From assembly GCF_001194135.2 (NCBI RefSeq), contig NC_068981.1, positions 163,349,073 through 163,413,072 of the forward strand: a stretch of DNA of 64,000 nt. The letters are read 5' to 3'. Positions 22,870 through 37,259 of this stretch are shown piece by piece; within the stretch, counting starts at the first letter, position 1, and the number at the start of each line of letters is the position of its first letter. The position numbers were made by a program, and so were the translations under genes. The notes beneath the pieces are model-generated. The model had not been told where the DNA came from, made no database searches, and saw nothing but the letters and a program-made list of their open reading frames with translations. The DNA is from Octopus bimaculoides (Eukaryota).

Positions 22870-24000
22870 AGTCATGGAACAAAAAAAGAAACTAATCACA
22901 TTCCTTGAAGAAAATGACTTGCTAACGACCAACATGGTCTTCAACTAGGAAGCTACTGCTTCATACAGCTCCAACAACACAATGATTGGATGTTTAAACA
23001 GTTGCTCGACCTTTAAAATAGCAATATATCTCAATTTTGTGAAAGCCTTTAATAAAGTCAGTCACAGAATGATATCATAACCTGCATGATCTCGGCATAG
23101 TTGGAAAACTGTAGGAATGGCTACATGGCTTTTAAAACAGATTCCTGACAGTAGTAACCAATGGGGTTATCTTCCAGGAAACAATAATAGTGATAGGAGC
23201 CCCCCCCCAGGTATGATCTTCAGGCCACTGCTAGTCACAGTGACACTCATACAAGCCCTTAGTTATGCAGAGAGCAAAACTCACTAGATATGCACAAGGT
23301 ACAAAAGTATCACAGATGATAAAGACCCTGGAAGATTCTATGCACCTGCAACATGACTTACATCCTACATATAAGTAGGCTGAAGGAATTAAAATGCAAT
23401 TTAATGCTGAAAAATTCTAAACCCTCAACTATCAGTAGACGAAATTCAATGCAATGCTGAGAAAATACTTTGGATCAGGAGAAATTGCAGCCCCAGAATC
23501 ACAATCAGTATGTGACCCAGGTATTAATATAAGTAATGATGCTTCTTTTCATGTGCAGATTAAGATGTCAATGAAATGTAGGTAGCTAGTCAGATAGATT
23601 CTACGAACTTTTAGAACTCAAGGGCAGGAAACCATGATGGTCCTCTAGAGAATATTTGCCCACAGCCACATCTAGATTATTTTCCCCAATTGTGGTTCCT
23701 GCATAGTGTAAAATTAATAGAACTTAAAGCAATCCAAAGCTACAAAAAAAAAAAAAAAAATTGCCTTAGTGAAACAGATCAGCTACTGAGAAACCGAAGA
23801 TGGAAAAAATATGCAGTAATGTATGGCTGGAAAATCCTAGAAGGATTTGCATCAAACTTTGGTACTGAAAGCTATACTAATCCTCAAACAGAGCACCACT
23901 GCATAGTACGAAAGATCCAATCCTTGCAATTGAGATCAAAAACCAAATGCTGCATTAGCTTAGGAAAGACTGAACTGGTGTGTAGTTCAGGGAAGACTGT
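22870..24000 (+). mobile_element. CR1-clade LINE reverse-transcriptase remnant
   Basis: Decayed IYL(D)F(A)KAF(D)KV.H ... G(V)PQG..L.PLL ... YA(DD)TK ... MQFNAEKF motifs with many stops and frameshifts. Confidence 0.85.
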
Positions 24001-24009
24001 ACTGGTATG

Positions 24010-24180
24010 GTCATGTGATGCATATGGATGTGGACAGCTGTGTGAAGAAGTGGTGATCACTCAATATAGATGATGCTTATGGAAGAGGGTGATCCAAGTT
24101 AACACGGGATGCAGTTATGAAGGCTGATTACAGGTAACTTTGGACCTCACAGAGATAACAAGGGAGTGGGATAATTGTGT
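24010..24180 (+). mobile_element. RTE LINE 3' coding fragment
   Basis: ...GRG.PKLT.DAVMKAD... RTE-type C-terminal motif. Confidence 0.6.
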
Positions 24181-24190
24181 GTGTGTGTGT

Positions 24191-24250
<60 letters not shown>

Positions 24251-24859
24251 AGCTGCCCCTTTACCCAAATTTCCTCCTCAAGGCACCATTATCACCTTCC
24301 ATTTCTCCAGCTGCAATTTTTCTTTGGATACCATTAATCTTCCAAACTGCCCAAAACTGTTTCATGATATTCATCCCTCATTCTTAATACTGTCCTCACA
24401 ATCCATATTTTTACATTCCACCTACCCAGCTATCAAATCACCTCACCTCAATCATCATTACTATTCTATTTACTACTCTTCATTACATTTGGTTATCCCC
24501 TACCCCTTACCTACCTCAACCTTATCCAGTCTTAAGCTACTCTTCCCTACTTCCCCTATTTAGATCTGCTCAATACTTGTTCTTAATTCATTATAATTAT
24601 TTACTGCCTCGCCATTACCCATCTCTCACTTGTTCATTCTTGCAACCTCCATCCACCTATATTCTCTGTTATGTTACCATTCACTTCCACTCACAGATGC
24701 TTCATCACCACTATTTTCATCTCTCCCCCAGACACTCCCTACATTTTATTCTAAAATGTGAGAAGCCATGTGGCCCCTCTACAACAAGAAACCTCTTCTG
24801 ATCTGGTCCCTTCTCTCATACTTTAACTCTTTGTCTCCTAGTAGAAAATAAGGTTACTC

Positions 24860-25095
24860 TCTCAGGGTTCATTGTTTTACAAGCAGTGTGCCAACTTTAC
24901 AAATCCTGATAGCATGAGAAAAGCAACCAGTACATACTGTAAATTGGTTGGTGTAGGAAAGGTACACAGCCATACAAACCATGCCAAAGTAAGCAGCGGA
25001 GCATGATGCAGTTCTTGGACCCATGAGATCCTGCCAAATGATCCATCCCATACCAGCTTGAGATAAGGGTATTAAATGATGATGATGGTGATGAT
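24860..25095 (+). mobile_element. RTE-tailed SINE-like repeat (family C), decayed
   Basis: Ends ccatcccataccagc...ttaaat(gat)n. Confidence 0.65.
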
Positions 25096-26384
25096 ATATA
25101 CATATGCATACATATACATGTCTATCTATCTATCTATCTATCTATATAAACACAAACATATGTACATATATATATATATATGTTTGAAGAACCTACAAGA
25201 ATAGGTGCAAGCACTAACATTTATAAAACATGTGACATATTAATAAAAAAATCTGTAAATGTACAACCATCCAGATATCTGAGTACCTTATTATTTTTTC
25301 CAATATGTAATTCCTGTACATCACCTCCAAACCTTCCAACACACACACACACATACATATATATACACACACATACACACACACACACACATCTTTACAG
25401 GTGTTATCCATCTCAATCATATTTCATCTCGGTAATCTCTATTATATCTCAGTGTGCTCTGAGATTACTCTTAAGACTAACAGTTGACCTGCAATGCTTC
25501 AAGTATGTATAATAGATTAGATTCAAAACATTTACAGGGTTTACACATAGCGCTTACAGACAGTACAGTAATTTCGTGCAGGCTTACACAGCCAGCTCTT
25601 AATAGGAAATATTGGTCACAAAGATTGCATTTCCAACTCTTTATCTTATCTGGTGCATCCACAATACCTCCTTTTTTCAAAGTATGTTTCAACACAGTGC
25701 ATACTACTCTTTGGCCAGCTCAAAGTGCACAATACCTTCCTACAACAGAGAACTCCATCTATTTCTATTACCCCTTACTCTTCCCAGAATTGAAAATCTA
25801 TTTTCATTTATACTGAGTGGCTGCTTTTGAATTTCAGCATACTTTTAGGTATAGGGTTGGGGAAAACAGTAAGAGAAAGCGCTCTAAAAACATGCATATA
25901 TGGTCCATGTCCAGTTGCTGTAGTTTCCACAGCCTGTCACTGCTTACTCAGATAAGTCAGATTGAATGTGTATATTACAGACACACACACTACACAGTGG
26001 TCTGTTAACCTGGCAGAAATACCAACCAAATCTTAAAGACACACTAAATAACATAATCGTTCATACAATACATGTGAGAAGAAAGATGGAATGGTTACGT
26101 CTGGAATGTCTCTTGTAGATGTACTATTGAATCAGAGGTTATCTGGAGTTAACCAACAATAGAAACTGAAACAACCAAATGTATTCATAAATCAAAAACA
26201 AAACAGACAATGATACGTTCTTCTTTGCATACTGTCCCGACAACCCATTTCAAAATCCACTTAGGAGAACCGAAGAGAAATTTCTGAGATTTCAAATAGT
26301 CTTGAATAACACTGATTCATATGATTCTTTTAAATAGAAGGCATTTTCAAAGTAAATAATAGTTTCTTGTTTTTAGCTAACAAA

Positions 26385-26645
26385 ATTCAACATTAATACT
26401 GAAGGTACAAGTTCTGCTGGGCCAGACAAGCTGCAAGGTTTACAGACAACAGGTGAATCCAATGCAGCTGCTGAGAGGTATCCAAGAGATTGAAAAAGGC
26501 CAGGTGGAAGGCCTCAGTGACAATAGGAAGATGATTTAGTAAAACTATTCAAACCAGCATGGAAAAGAATATGGCACAGTAAAGAAAGAACTGGAAGCTC
26601 ATTGTGACCAGCAGTGTATAACATCCGATGGTGTGATAGAGACGA
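26385..26645 (+). mobile_element. Old RTE LINE 3' end (different subfamily)
   Basis: Frameshifted WAR.AARFTDNR ... YPRD.KRPGGRP...EDDLVKLF: the RTE WYPRDGKRPRGRP..RWED motif. Confidence 0.75.
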
Positions 26646-26892
26646 TAGGTGAATATAGCAATATCATACATATGTATGTTTTTATGTATTATGTATAAAA
26701 ATACAACTTCTGAGAATAACAAAAAATATTTCAGAAGTGAATGACTTAAATAGAACTCAATGAAACAATAAAAGCAAGAAATATTCAGTTCAGAGTTGAA
26801 TTTTGTCATCTGCATTTATGTTTTTTGCATTTGTAACAAACTTACGATTTTAGAGATTGTGTGTATACATAACCAGTGTAGGGGAGAGATTA

Positions 26893-26958
<66 letters not shown>

Positions 26959-27374
26959 CTGTTCAAAGTGAATCAATGTTTAATGCATGACTGCTGGTAT
27001 TTAGCAATGTTATCAATTGTGGAGAGAGTGGGGTACAAAAACAAAAAAAAAAAACGCGAATTATGTTTTGAACTTAAGCAAGAACTGAATTAAAAAACTT
27101 GAAACTATTCTTTACAATATTTGACCATTTCTGCCACATCAATAAACCAAGTAACTTCTTATAATGCTAAAAATAGTTCAACTTACCATTTATCAAATGT
27201 TACTGATGTATTATTAGCTTACACAATGTTAAAAAAAGTGTCTTCCTCATTCGTGCTTAATGAAAATGTACTCTACATTTATTAACATATATATGGGATG
27301 AATGTAATGTATGATAATAACAAGGATGTTCATTTAAACGAATAAAATTTTTAATGAATGCCATTTTTAAATAA

Positions 27375-27690
27375 ATGGCATACACAAGTGTGACTGTGTG
27401 GTTAAGAAGTTTACTTCCCAACCACATGATTTTGAGTCCACTGCATGGCATTTTGTGCAAGTATTTTCTACTAAAACCTCAAACCAACTGAAGCCTTTTG
27501 AGTATATTTAGTAAACAGAAACTGTAATAATTGTGTACACATGTGTTTCTTGATATTGTGCGATTGTTGTAAATGAATATCATTCATATACAATATTGTG
27601 TGAAAACATGTCAGGCCATAAGGAAATATTATCTTGGTTGAAAAGATGTAAGATTTGGCAACAGGAAGGGCATCCAGCCATAGTTACATT
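27375..27690 (+). mobile_element. SINE family A 5' half followed by family D fragment, both CpG-decayed
   Basis: gtgactgtgtggttaagaagtttacttcccaaccacatg; ataaggaaatattatcttggttg...aggaagggcatccagcc. Confidence 0.75.
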
Positions 27691-29344
27691 TTCAGAACTA
27701 TACAACTGCAAGGTTTACTGTTTGAATCTCTAGCAATGCTTCCAAACTACAAGCAGTTTGTATAAAAATTAATAAGCATCAAATAAAGCAATAATCAATA
27801 ATGATAATGATCATGATTGTACTGGAAGACAAAGGTACAGTACCATAAGGATCCAAACTATACCTCTTCTATTCAAATTTAGCTGCACTCCCACAGGAAC
27901 TGGCCAATAATGAATAATAACACAGGCACAGCACCTGCAGTTTTCAGGGGAAGGGATCTGTCGATTAACACAATATTTTATTATTGATCTGAGGGAAAAC
28001 AAGCAAGATTTGAAAGATGAATGAGGAGCCAACCCTAATACAATACCCCAGGACATTTTTTTGCTGAGGCTCTAATGATTCTGCCAATAATAATAATGAG
28101 AATTTTAATATTATCAGCCTATATTATCATATCATTGTTTAATATCTGTCTTGTGTTAGTATGTTTGTGTCTCCTTGTCTTGCCATATTGTCGCTGTAAA
28201 TTAATGCTATTCATTTCCAATATTCTGGGAAAACATATCTGCCTATGGGGAATTATTACCTTGCTTGGAAATGAGGTAGACAATTCAACAGGAAACTTTA
28301 CAATGTATTGATACTTTTCTGAAAGCTAAGGGTATTTCAAGAGACAAAAAAATTTGCAACATGAAACTGAAACAAAACCAGAACTGGGTCTAAATAGTTT
28401 TGACTCTTTCTTGTCTTTTAACAACAATTTTGCAATTTAATAAACATAATTAACAAAGTAATGCATACAAGAGAAATTTTTTGCAAGGGAAACAGATTTT
28501 TAAGTAGATGTGTGTATGTATATATAATTGAGAGAGAGAGAGAAAGAAAGTCAGCAAGTGAGTGAGTAAGAATGTTGTTTGTGTGGTATCTTATACCACA
28601 TTAGAAAAAAATAATGATTTCAACAGTTAAGATTTAAACCAGGGCTGACAATGAATCAATGCCTTGATTTTCTTTGCTAATAAATGCTTTCATTTTCATA
28701 CAAATCTATGCCTGTTGTATGTGCATAACGGTTACACAAATGGCAATAAGTTCTGAAAAACGAAGTATTCAAAGTGTGTGTATATGCATGCACATTGATC
28801 CAAGTGAAAAGAAGGTGCAGAAGAGGAAAGGAGACCAAGGGATAATATATGGAAGAAATAGGGGAAACTGACCTCAAGAAGCTGAAACTTATGAAGCAGA
28901 TGACAAAAGCATCAATAATAGATGAGACTTTGTGCTAAAGAAGACCAATTCAACACATATATTGCCAGAATAGAAAAACAAACTCATAATTGTGTGTGTG
29001 TGTGTGTGTGTGCATGCGCTGAACTGCACACAGCCAACTGGCTGCAATAGCAAAGCAAAAAACAACACTTCATACATACACTACAGAACAGAGAAATCAG
29101 CTAACACCACGATTTGAAAATTTCCAGAAGGGACCCTAACACCGAGATATTGACATACAAGGTAAAAGTACTGACTATAGACCTGTATTATTTCTTATAA
29201 CTTGCACTGTTTTGGTTTTATAAATAAATATATTTGGGAATATATCTAATATATAAATGAGTGAAAGATGTATATTAGATATATACAACATACACATGTC
29301 TAAATTTACACACACTATGTGTAATTCTCTTTAAATCTTGAGTG

Positions 29345-29490
29345 CTCAAGTGGTACTTAATTTTATCGCCCCTGAAAGAATGAAAGGCAACGTCAACCTC
29401 TGTGGTATTTGAACTCAGAACATAAAGGAATCGGAAGAAATGTCACTGAGCACTTTTGTCTAATATGCTAAAGATTTTGCCAGCTCACTA
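29345..29490 (-). mobile_element. SINE family B (decayed)
   Basis: ttatcgcccctgaaagaatgaaaggcaacgtcaacctc...tttgaactcagaac. Confidence 0.8.
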
Positions 29491-30824
29491 TACAGTCAAT
29501 TCCCTGCAATTACATAGTAACCATCAATGAATAAAATTCTTATGCAACTAGCTCAGTAGATGATCAATTTTGACATTGTCAATAGTAGGATACACATGTA
29601 TGGATTATATGAGAATGAAATTAAAGCGATTTTACTTGCAGTATGATCATGTGTGCATGTGTGTATATACACATACACACGCCTGTTTCACCTAGTCAAT
29701 GCTATTTTTTTTTCATTCATTGATATGTACATGATGACAATCCTTTGACTTGTGTCATAGGTTTTTCAGTTCTCTCTCATATACTTCAATACCCTGAGCT
29801 TAACCTGATTCACACATCTCAACAATGACTTTCACACACTTTTTAATTAATTACCCAATCACAACACTGTGGATGAAGAAAAATTTAATTAGGTCAACTA
29901 CAGAGTGGTGTAGTCAATAAAGAAAACAAAAATAACACCTTGTGATTGCTTGATTTTCTATAATCTTTTGACAAATTTTATCTATTACGAAAATTGTTTT
30001 ATTGAAACATTTGCATTGCATAATAAAAATTAAATTACATCGACAGTTTTAATTCTTTCAAATGGTGACATAAGTTGTTTTGTAAACAAGAAGTGGACTT
30101 CAGCTATTTTAAACAGTATAGAAATGGAACCATCCAGAATCACTTATTCATATCTAAATCAAATGTTTACACTTCATCAACTCTTTCACTTTAAATGGAA
30201 AAAAACATGCAATATATCAAATTTAAAATTATTTGCATATGCAATTAATTGGAACCATTCCTTCCCAGCACAAAATACATTGTAGACTTTCTTATCAAAC
30301 AACAGATGGGGTGGGGGGACACACAGCTTCTTGTAGAACAACCTGTGCAGAGGATTTTGTTTATAGTGATCAAATGTTTGTGTTGTACATTAGCTCATGC
30401 CCTCCATCAAATTGACATTGCCTGTACAAGTGCATGGTGTGCCACACGTCAGATGTCAACATGATTGTAAAGCAGAAGTATTTTATATATACATATATGT
30501 ATCCTTAAAGATATATGAGCACACAGACACACATACATTGTGTATATGAACAAACAGACACAATTTGTAACTATTTCAGAATTATAAACAATATCTTTTA
30601 TATCCTAAGAACTGTTTATCAGTCTTTAGCTTGCATCATATAATCATAGAGCAATGTCCTATATAATCAATATAGTCACTTATTTCGAGAGAAGAAACAG
30701 TCGATTTTACCAGTGTTTTACAGCTACTATATCAACCACCCTGGAAGAAAAACTATCATCTCTGCTTCATAAAGCATTATTATTGTTGTTGCCTAACCAT
30801 ACCAGCATGTAAATGGTCATAAAA

Positions 30825-31230
30825 TGATGACTGAGCTGGCAGAACTGTTTGTTAGCTTGTTGGACAAAATACTTAATAGCATTTCTTCTGACTCTAAATT
30901 CTGAGTTCAAATGCTGCCAAAGTAAACTCTGCCTTTCATTCTTTCAGGGTTGATAAAATACCAATTAAATACTGAGGTTGGTGTAATTGGCTATCCACTC
31001 CCATTAAAATTGCTAGTTGTGTGCCAAAAATTTACAACAAAAATTTATAACAATTACTATTATCTAATATAGGCACAAAGCCAACAGTTTGATGAAAGAG
31101 GATTACTAGATCAAACAGACCTTAGTACTTGACTGGTACTTTATTTTATTGACCCTGGGAAGATGAAAAGGCAAAGTTGAACTCAGCAGGATTTGAACAC
31201 AGGGTAGGGAAAAGCCGAAACAAATTCCGC
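30825..31230. mobile_element. Inverted pair of SINE family B copies (plus 30825-31050, minus 31060-31230)
   Basis: ctgagttcaaatgctgcc...gcctttcattctttcagggttgataaaat on plus, then the reverse-oriented copy. Confidence 0.8.
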
Positions 31231-31960
31231 AATAATAATAATTTATTTCTCACTTGAACGATAGATAAGGGGATAATGCAAGAACAAGCCCAATGATATA
31301 AATAAAAACAAAGAAAAGATAGAAAGAACAGAGGAGGTTACCAAAGGCAATTCTTCCCAACACATCCTGGTTTGCACTATTTACTGGTCATGTCCTTCAG
31401 CCTACAAGTGTAGGATGAATGTAGTCTTTTTTTCACCCAGATCATACTTTCACACATTTGAGTTATTGTAAGAGAAACCAACAATGATTTCCAACATTAG
31501 CATGAGGGCACATATTTGAGGGGCAGGGGAATACAGTAGAATGTATTGCTATACATAGTGTGTGTGTGTGTAATGGTAATTTTATCTATCTTTGGGTATA
31601 GCATGATAGAAAGAACAATAGAGAAACAAGCACAAATTCTGAACAGAGGTTGTTCCATATTTTAATGACTCCGAGTGTGCAATAAACCAGGTTTTAATCT
31701 TTTTAATAATAAATATTTCTTTTCATAACCAAGGGGCCCAACACATTGGAAAAAATGCAGAGGTTAAATACAGGGGAGAACAATAAACAAGAGAAATTGG
31801 GATTATAAAAAGTAAAATAAAAATTTAATTTCAAAATACAAATACATAAGTGGAGGAGGGGGGATAAATTGATAAAAACTATAGAATTGAAATAGGAAAA
31901 TAAAACCGTAGTATATTCCTGGTACTTATTTCCGTACAGTCCACGTAAACAGAGCATGCA
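31230..31960 (-). mobile_element. Two Tx1/L1-type 3' UTR fragments (31230-31480, 31700-31960) with a decayed SINE B between
   Basis: atagataaggggataatgcaag matches 15299-15320; ataaccaagggcccca matches 52900-52915. Confidence 0.55.
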
Positions 31961-32764
31961 GTTTCATAATCAGAATAGTTCATGACCACTGGTTAGTAAG
32001 CAATGTGGCAAAATGCAGCTAAACTGAACATTGGTGATAAAAATCAAGATTTGTAACTATTTACTTTAATTCTACATGTTATAAGGCCTCAGCTTGGAAC
32101 GATTTAATAAACGCTAATACATCTATTGAGTAGCGCTCTAATACAATTGCAATTATGTGTGTGTAAGCACAAGCATATGAGAGAGTAAGATAATTGTATA
32201 GAGGCACATGTGAAATCAAAATCACCGAGAGACATGCATAATGTGGGAAACAAAGATGTGACTATGCAGCTTTATATGTCAACATTGATGTTGAAAATCA
32301 CCACGTGGAGCTTTTGACATCAACAACATACAATCACCTGTGTATATTCATATAAAAACCATATGTGCAGCGCATGTATAGGTAACTTTCCTATTATTGA
32401 CAGCCGATTTATATTTACTAAAAGTATAGTAAAGAATCACATGTTTATATAAACATGTGTGTGCATGTGTAAGTGTGGGTGAATCGCACATAAAATTTTG
32501 AAGGCTTCAGTTATGAAACCTTCATCAGAGAGTCAGAAGGCCACATAACTGAAACTTCCAACTGTCAGCCATTATTTGTATAAATGAAATAAATATGTTA
32601 TTCTACTGCTAAGTATTGAGCAATCCTTCAGTTTTAATGTTTATTTTTGTACACAAACATAAAAGTAAACATTAATGCACACACACATGTATGTGGTATG
32701 TCTCAATTTTGTAAAGGTCTTCCATAACCTTCATCACAGAACACATGCAAACAAGACATATATC

Positions 32765-33858
32765 ACATAACCGGAAAACTGGGGGGAATGACTGCAGGAC
32801 TTTTTAAAAGGTAGAGGTTGGAGAATCTCTCATAGTCCAAGGAATTACTCAAAGAAACTGTCTTAGAGCTCATAGTACCCTCAGCTGTAGAGAGAGCCCC
32901 CTCTGCACTGGCTAAGCTGATGATACAAAAGCATCACATGCAATGAAGAACTGATGATGCTGCATACTTCCAACAAGACCTGAATACAATATATAAGTGG
33001 GCAGAGGACAGCAATATGCAATTTAATGCGGGAAAATTTCAAAAGCACTACTTGTCAACTCACAAACACTAACACACTGCAACAAAACTACACAGGACTA
33101 GCCATGAGGTACTGCAGCGTCAGAGTTATAAGTGCATAAGCTTGGAATCGATATGAATGATGATGCAACACTTCAGGTGTATACAACTAAGATGGCTTTG
33201 ATGTGTAAGTAACTGGCTGAGTGAATTAGGAGATCTTTCAGAGTAAGGNNNNNNNNNNGGGGCAGTGTTGCTTTGTCATTTGGACTATTGCTCCCAAACA
33301 ATGCTCACCTACTTGCATAGTGGCTAAATTAAATGCAAAAGTTCAAGCAGTCAGGTGCTCCTACACCAAATAGATTGCCTCAATGCAACAAATGACCCAC
33401 AAGGAAAGGCCAAAGAAGCTAAAACTGCACTTCCTGGAGCAAAGGCAAAAAAAGATATAGTGATGTGTATCTGTGTGTAAGATCCTTGAAGAGTTGGTAC
33501 CAAATTTCAGCATTAAGAGCTACACTGGTCCCCAAACTGGTTGCCACAGAATAGTGTTAAAAGTCCCACATTTCCTACATAGATCAAGATCCAAATACTA
33601 CAATAAATAGCTAAGCATTTAAAGGACCCACAGCTCTTCAATAACCTGCTCAAACATTATGAGACCATATGTAGGGTGGACATTGATGTCTTTTAGATGC
33701 ACTTGGACACTCTACTAAGACCTTAGATGAACCTGCTTCACAACAAGAGATACAAATGAGAGCAGTAGTATTAAACTCTTTTATCCATCAAAGACCAATG
33801 TAACAATATTAATGGTAGCCCAGCATGGCCACAGACCACAAGATAGAACAAGTAAAAG
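32765..33858 (+). mobile_element. CR1-clade LINE 3' part including its 3' terminus
   Basis: ADDTK...QQDLNTIYKWAEDSNMQFNAGKFQ remnant, same family as 22870-24000; ends cccagcatggccacag...gaacaagtaaaag. Confidence 0.85.
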
Positions 33859-33880
33859 TGTATATGCATATACATATATT

Positions 33881-34270
33881 CTTTTACTTGTTTCAGTCAT
33901 TTGACTGCAGCCATGCTGCAGCACCGCCTTTAGTCAAACAAATCGACCCCAGGACTTATTCTTTGTAAGCCTAGTACTTATTCTACCAGTCTCTTTTGCC
34001 AAACCGCTAAGTTACAGGGATGCAAGTACACCAACATCAGTTGTCAAGCGATGGTGGGGGTACAAACACAGACACACAAACACACATACACATACATGTA
34101 TGTATATTATGACAGCCTTCTTTCAGTTTCTGTCTATCAAAACCACTCACAAGGATTTTGGTTGACCCGAGGCTATTGTAGAAGACACTAGCCCAAGGTG
34201 CCATGTAGAGGGAATGAACCTGGAACCATGTGGTTAGTAAGCAAGCTACTTACCACATAAACACTCCTAT
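33881..34270 (-). mobile_element. Full-length SINE family A, strongly CpG-deaminated
   Basis: Collinear with the reverse complement of 9478-9860; most differences are CpG to TpG/CpA. Confidence 0.92.
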
Positions 34271-34979
34271 ATATACAAATTATTTATAGAAACACATATG
34301 CTCCCCACCCCACAAACAAACACTTATTACAGAAAGTGATAAGATCTTGGAAATGGAATAATCAGAGACCCAGGATGTGTGGTAGAAAAGGACTAAGTGT
34401 ATGATGATACGTGAGTGAAAACAGGGTTTAGACAGGCGATACAAAAGGGGAGAGTAAAGGGTTCAATGTAACCTGTTGCATCAGACATAGGAAAGAGAGG
34501 TCAAGTGAAGATAGAGATTGGGGTGGGATATGGAAAGTGACTGGGCCCCACACTAGTGAACAGTACAAATGGATGTTGATGAGAGGGCCAAATAAGTACA
34601 GCCATACACTGTGAGCAATGTATGGTGGACAGAAATCTGCCAACAGTGAAATTAAGAAGAGGAGGGAGTGACTAAATTGTGTGAGAGGAGTTATAGAGGC
34701 ATGGGCATGGAAAGAATAAGGTAAGGATATGGGCAAAAAAAGAGACAAATGTGACAGTGAATGAGTGGTAAAGATGGGTAACAAGATGAAGAAGGGTAAG
34801 CGATAGAGTGATAGCAGAGAAGGGTAAGTAATGGGGAGTGACAGAGGAGAAGGCAACAGAGGTGTTAGGTGAGAGAAAGGCTAACAAAGAGGCCAATAAT
34901 GTGACTTTGACAGCATGCAGAGGAAGATAGAGAGACAAATGAAGACATAGAGAAGGAAGATATGGAAGCTATAAAAGAT

Positions 34980-36850
34980 TCTGTAATGGGAAAAGATTTA
35001 GTGAAATTTTAACTGATGCACATGACTGCAGGGAGTTAGATTTAGACACCTGTAATGTAGATGAAAGCTGAGAATTTCAAGAATTCTGTCCCGGGCCACT
35101 GGACAGATGTCACTGGAGCAACAAAGCCAAAAGGAACATGGTAGAGGAACAATACAGTTAACAGGGCAGTCAAGACAAACAGGCATAGAGAACCTAAGAG
35201 GATGGTGGCTAGAAGAGCAGCTATGAAACAGGTTTGAAGTGTTCAGGATCTTAAGGCAGTGTGTGAAAGAGAACAGAGAGGTCACTGGTGAGAAGTGTAT
35301 TCAAAATGATGAAGGCATACTTGCCACTGATATGGAAGATAAGAAAGTAGCACAGAAGTGCTATTATGAGAGGTTGTTTCATGTAAAGAATGCATGGGAT
35401 AAAGAGAGGGTATCTTGTGATGACCCTACAGAGGGACCAGAAATTCAAGGTGACAGTAGTAAAGTAGATAAGGTGATCGAGGAGATAAAGATGAGAAAGC
35501 TGCAAGTCTATCTGGAATAGTTGTGGAGATGCTCAAAATATATGGTGAGTTAGGGTACATGATTACGACCCAGATAGTAAATCAAGTTGTACAAGAGTTA
35601 TACCCAATGACTGGCATAACAGTATCACTGTAAGCTGCTACAAAGACAAAGGAGATGCCTAAGACAGAAGCAGTTATACAGAATTAAATTACTGGATCAC
35701 AGAGAGGGTCATTGCACAATTGATTCACGAGAAGATGAGATGCTGAGGATCTAGATGAGTTGCAGTTTAATTTTGTGCCTGGAAGAGGTACTACAGATGC
35801 AACTACAAGAGAAATACTTGGCTAAGAATAAACCATTATTCCTGGCCAGAGAAAGCATTCAACAGGGTATCACATACAGTAACCTGCTGGTCACTTTGGT
35901 ACTCTCAGAGAAATGACTGATATGCAGAAAAGGAGTATGTTTAAATTCCATACACTGCATTTGATATAAGCTATGGGCACACAATAGATGTAGTGAAATC
36001 ACAGGCAGATGATTAGAGAACATAGGCTTCATTTGTGATAGATGCACTGGAACAGTAAATTCCATGAGCACACCTGAAATAGAACCCTTTGAATGCTTGG
36101 CTAGCTCTCTTGAAGTGGTTGATAGCTTTTGTTATCTAGGAGCTGTCATCATAAACAAGGAAGGTGGTTACTGTGAAAATATAGTAACCAGCACAAGAAC
36201 AGGTTGGAAGAAGTTAAAGGAGCTACAACTACAGTTGACAATAAAGGTCTTTTCCCAAAGAGTAAAGGCAGATTGTATGATATTTGTGCTAGAATTGCCA
36301 TGCTGTATGGTAGTGAGACATGGGCCTTCAATGCAGAGGACATGAGATGACTGGAAAGAAATGAAGCAAGCATGCTCCATTGGATGTACAACAGTATAAA
36401 TGTGCTGAGAGAAAGACTGGACATAAAACGAATTACATGTACTTATGAAACAAAAAAGACTATTCTAGAATGTGTATAGATGAAAAGAGCTAATCACTAA
36501 ATGTGACTGGAGTACCCAGGAATATGTCTGAAGTGGTGCAGGCTGACTTCAGGACCCTAAGCTTAACAGAGGAAAAACAATAAAGAACCAGGATATCTGG
36601 CAATACAAGGGTCTCATGAAAAACTGCCTATTGTAGTGAAACTGAGAATACAAGGGTAATATTTGTTGACATATCCTGTTAACAATTTGTCTGCTAGCTC
36701 TGCACTTCTGAGGACAAGTGGAAGGAAAATAAACCTTAGAAGGAAATAGGGAAGAGTTAGAAAGGAAGGACATTGGCTGTAAAAAATGGTCTCAATATAT
36801 ATACTCAGCTAACCCATACTAGCATGTAAAAAAATACATAAAACAGACAG
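34980..36850 (+). mobile_element. RTE-clade LINE remnant (RT C-terminal half plus 3' UTR)
   Basis: QFNFVPGRGTTDA, EKAFNRV, EVVDSFCYLG, GRLYDICARIAMLYGSETWA, LERNEASMLHWM motifs across frameshifts. Confidence 0.9.
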
Positions 36851-37259
36851 ACACATATTGAATTTTACAAAGGCTGACAAACTTCATAAAATATTACCCA
36901 ATCTTTAGACAGGAGTGAAGCAGTTGAACAATACAAAGGTATTTTACTAAGGTACTTTTAAAGACTGCAAGTAATTTCAATGGTGAAAACAGCATCTGTT
37001 ACTGCTCTCAGTTTCACATTCTAAGTTGTTAGCTGCATTGTGTGGCAGTGTACTGATAATTGAGCTTCATAAAAGTAACTACAGCAGTAGAACGGATACT
37101 GCAAGCTATCTTCATGTCTAGAAAGTGTACTGCCAAAGTGTACTGAATAAATATGATGGGCTTCCACATAGTTCCCATCTACCAAATTCACTCACAAGGC
37201 AAGGCATATATTTTGTGGGTAGTCACCGACTTCCACAGCATCGAAGATTTCATCTGATG

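Noticed and set aside
24250-24860. Long pyrimidine-rich tract (and purine-rich tract 34330-34975) as H-DNA or R-loop elements
   Set aside because: Impure low-complexity sequence next to RTE remnants, without mirror symmetry or clear mutual homology.
25477-25816. Cys-containing ORFs on both strands (72 and 110 aa)
   Set aside because: No convincing splice-site pair in frame and no recognisable domain.
26378-26660. Apparent plus-strand exon (tttcttgtttttAG ... atag|GTgaat)
   Set aside because: All frames are closed, and the sequence is a decayed RTE LINE C-terminus.
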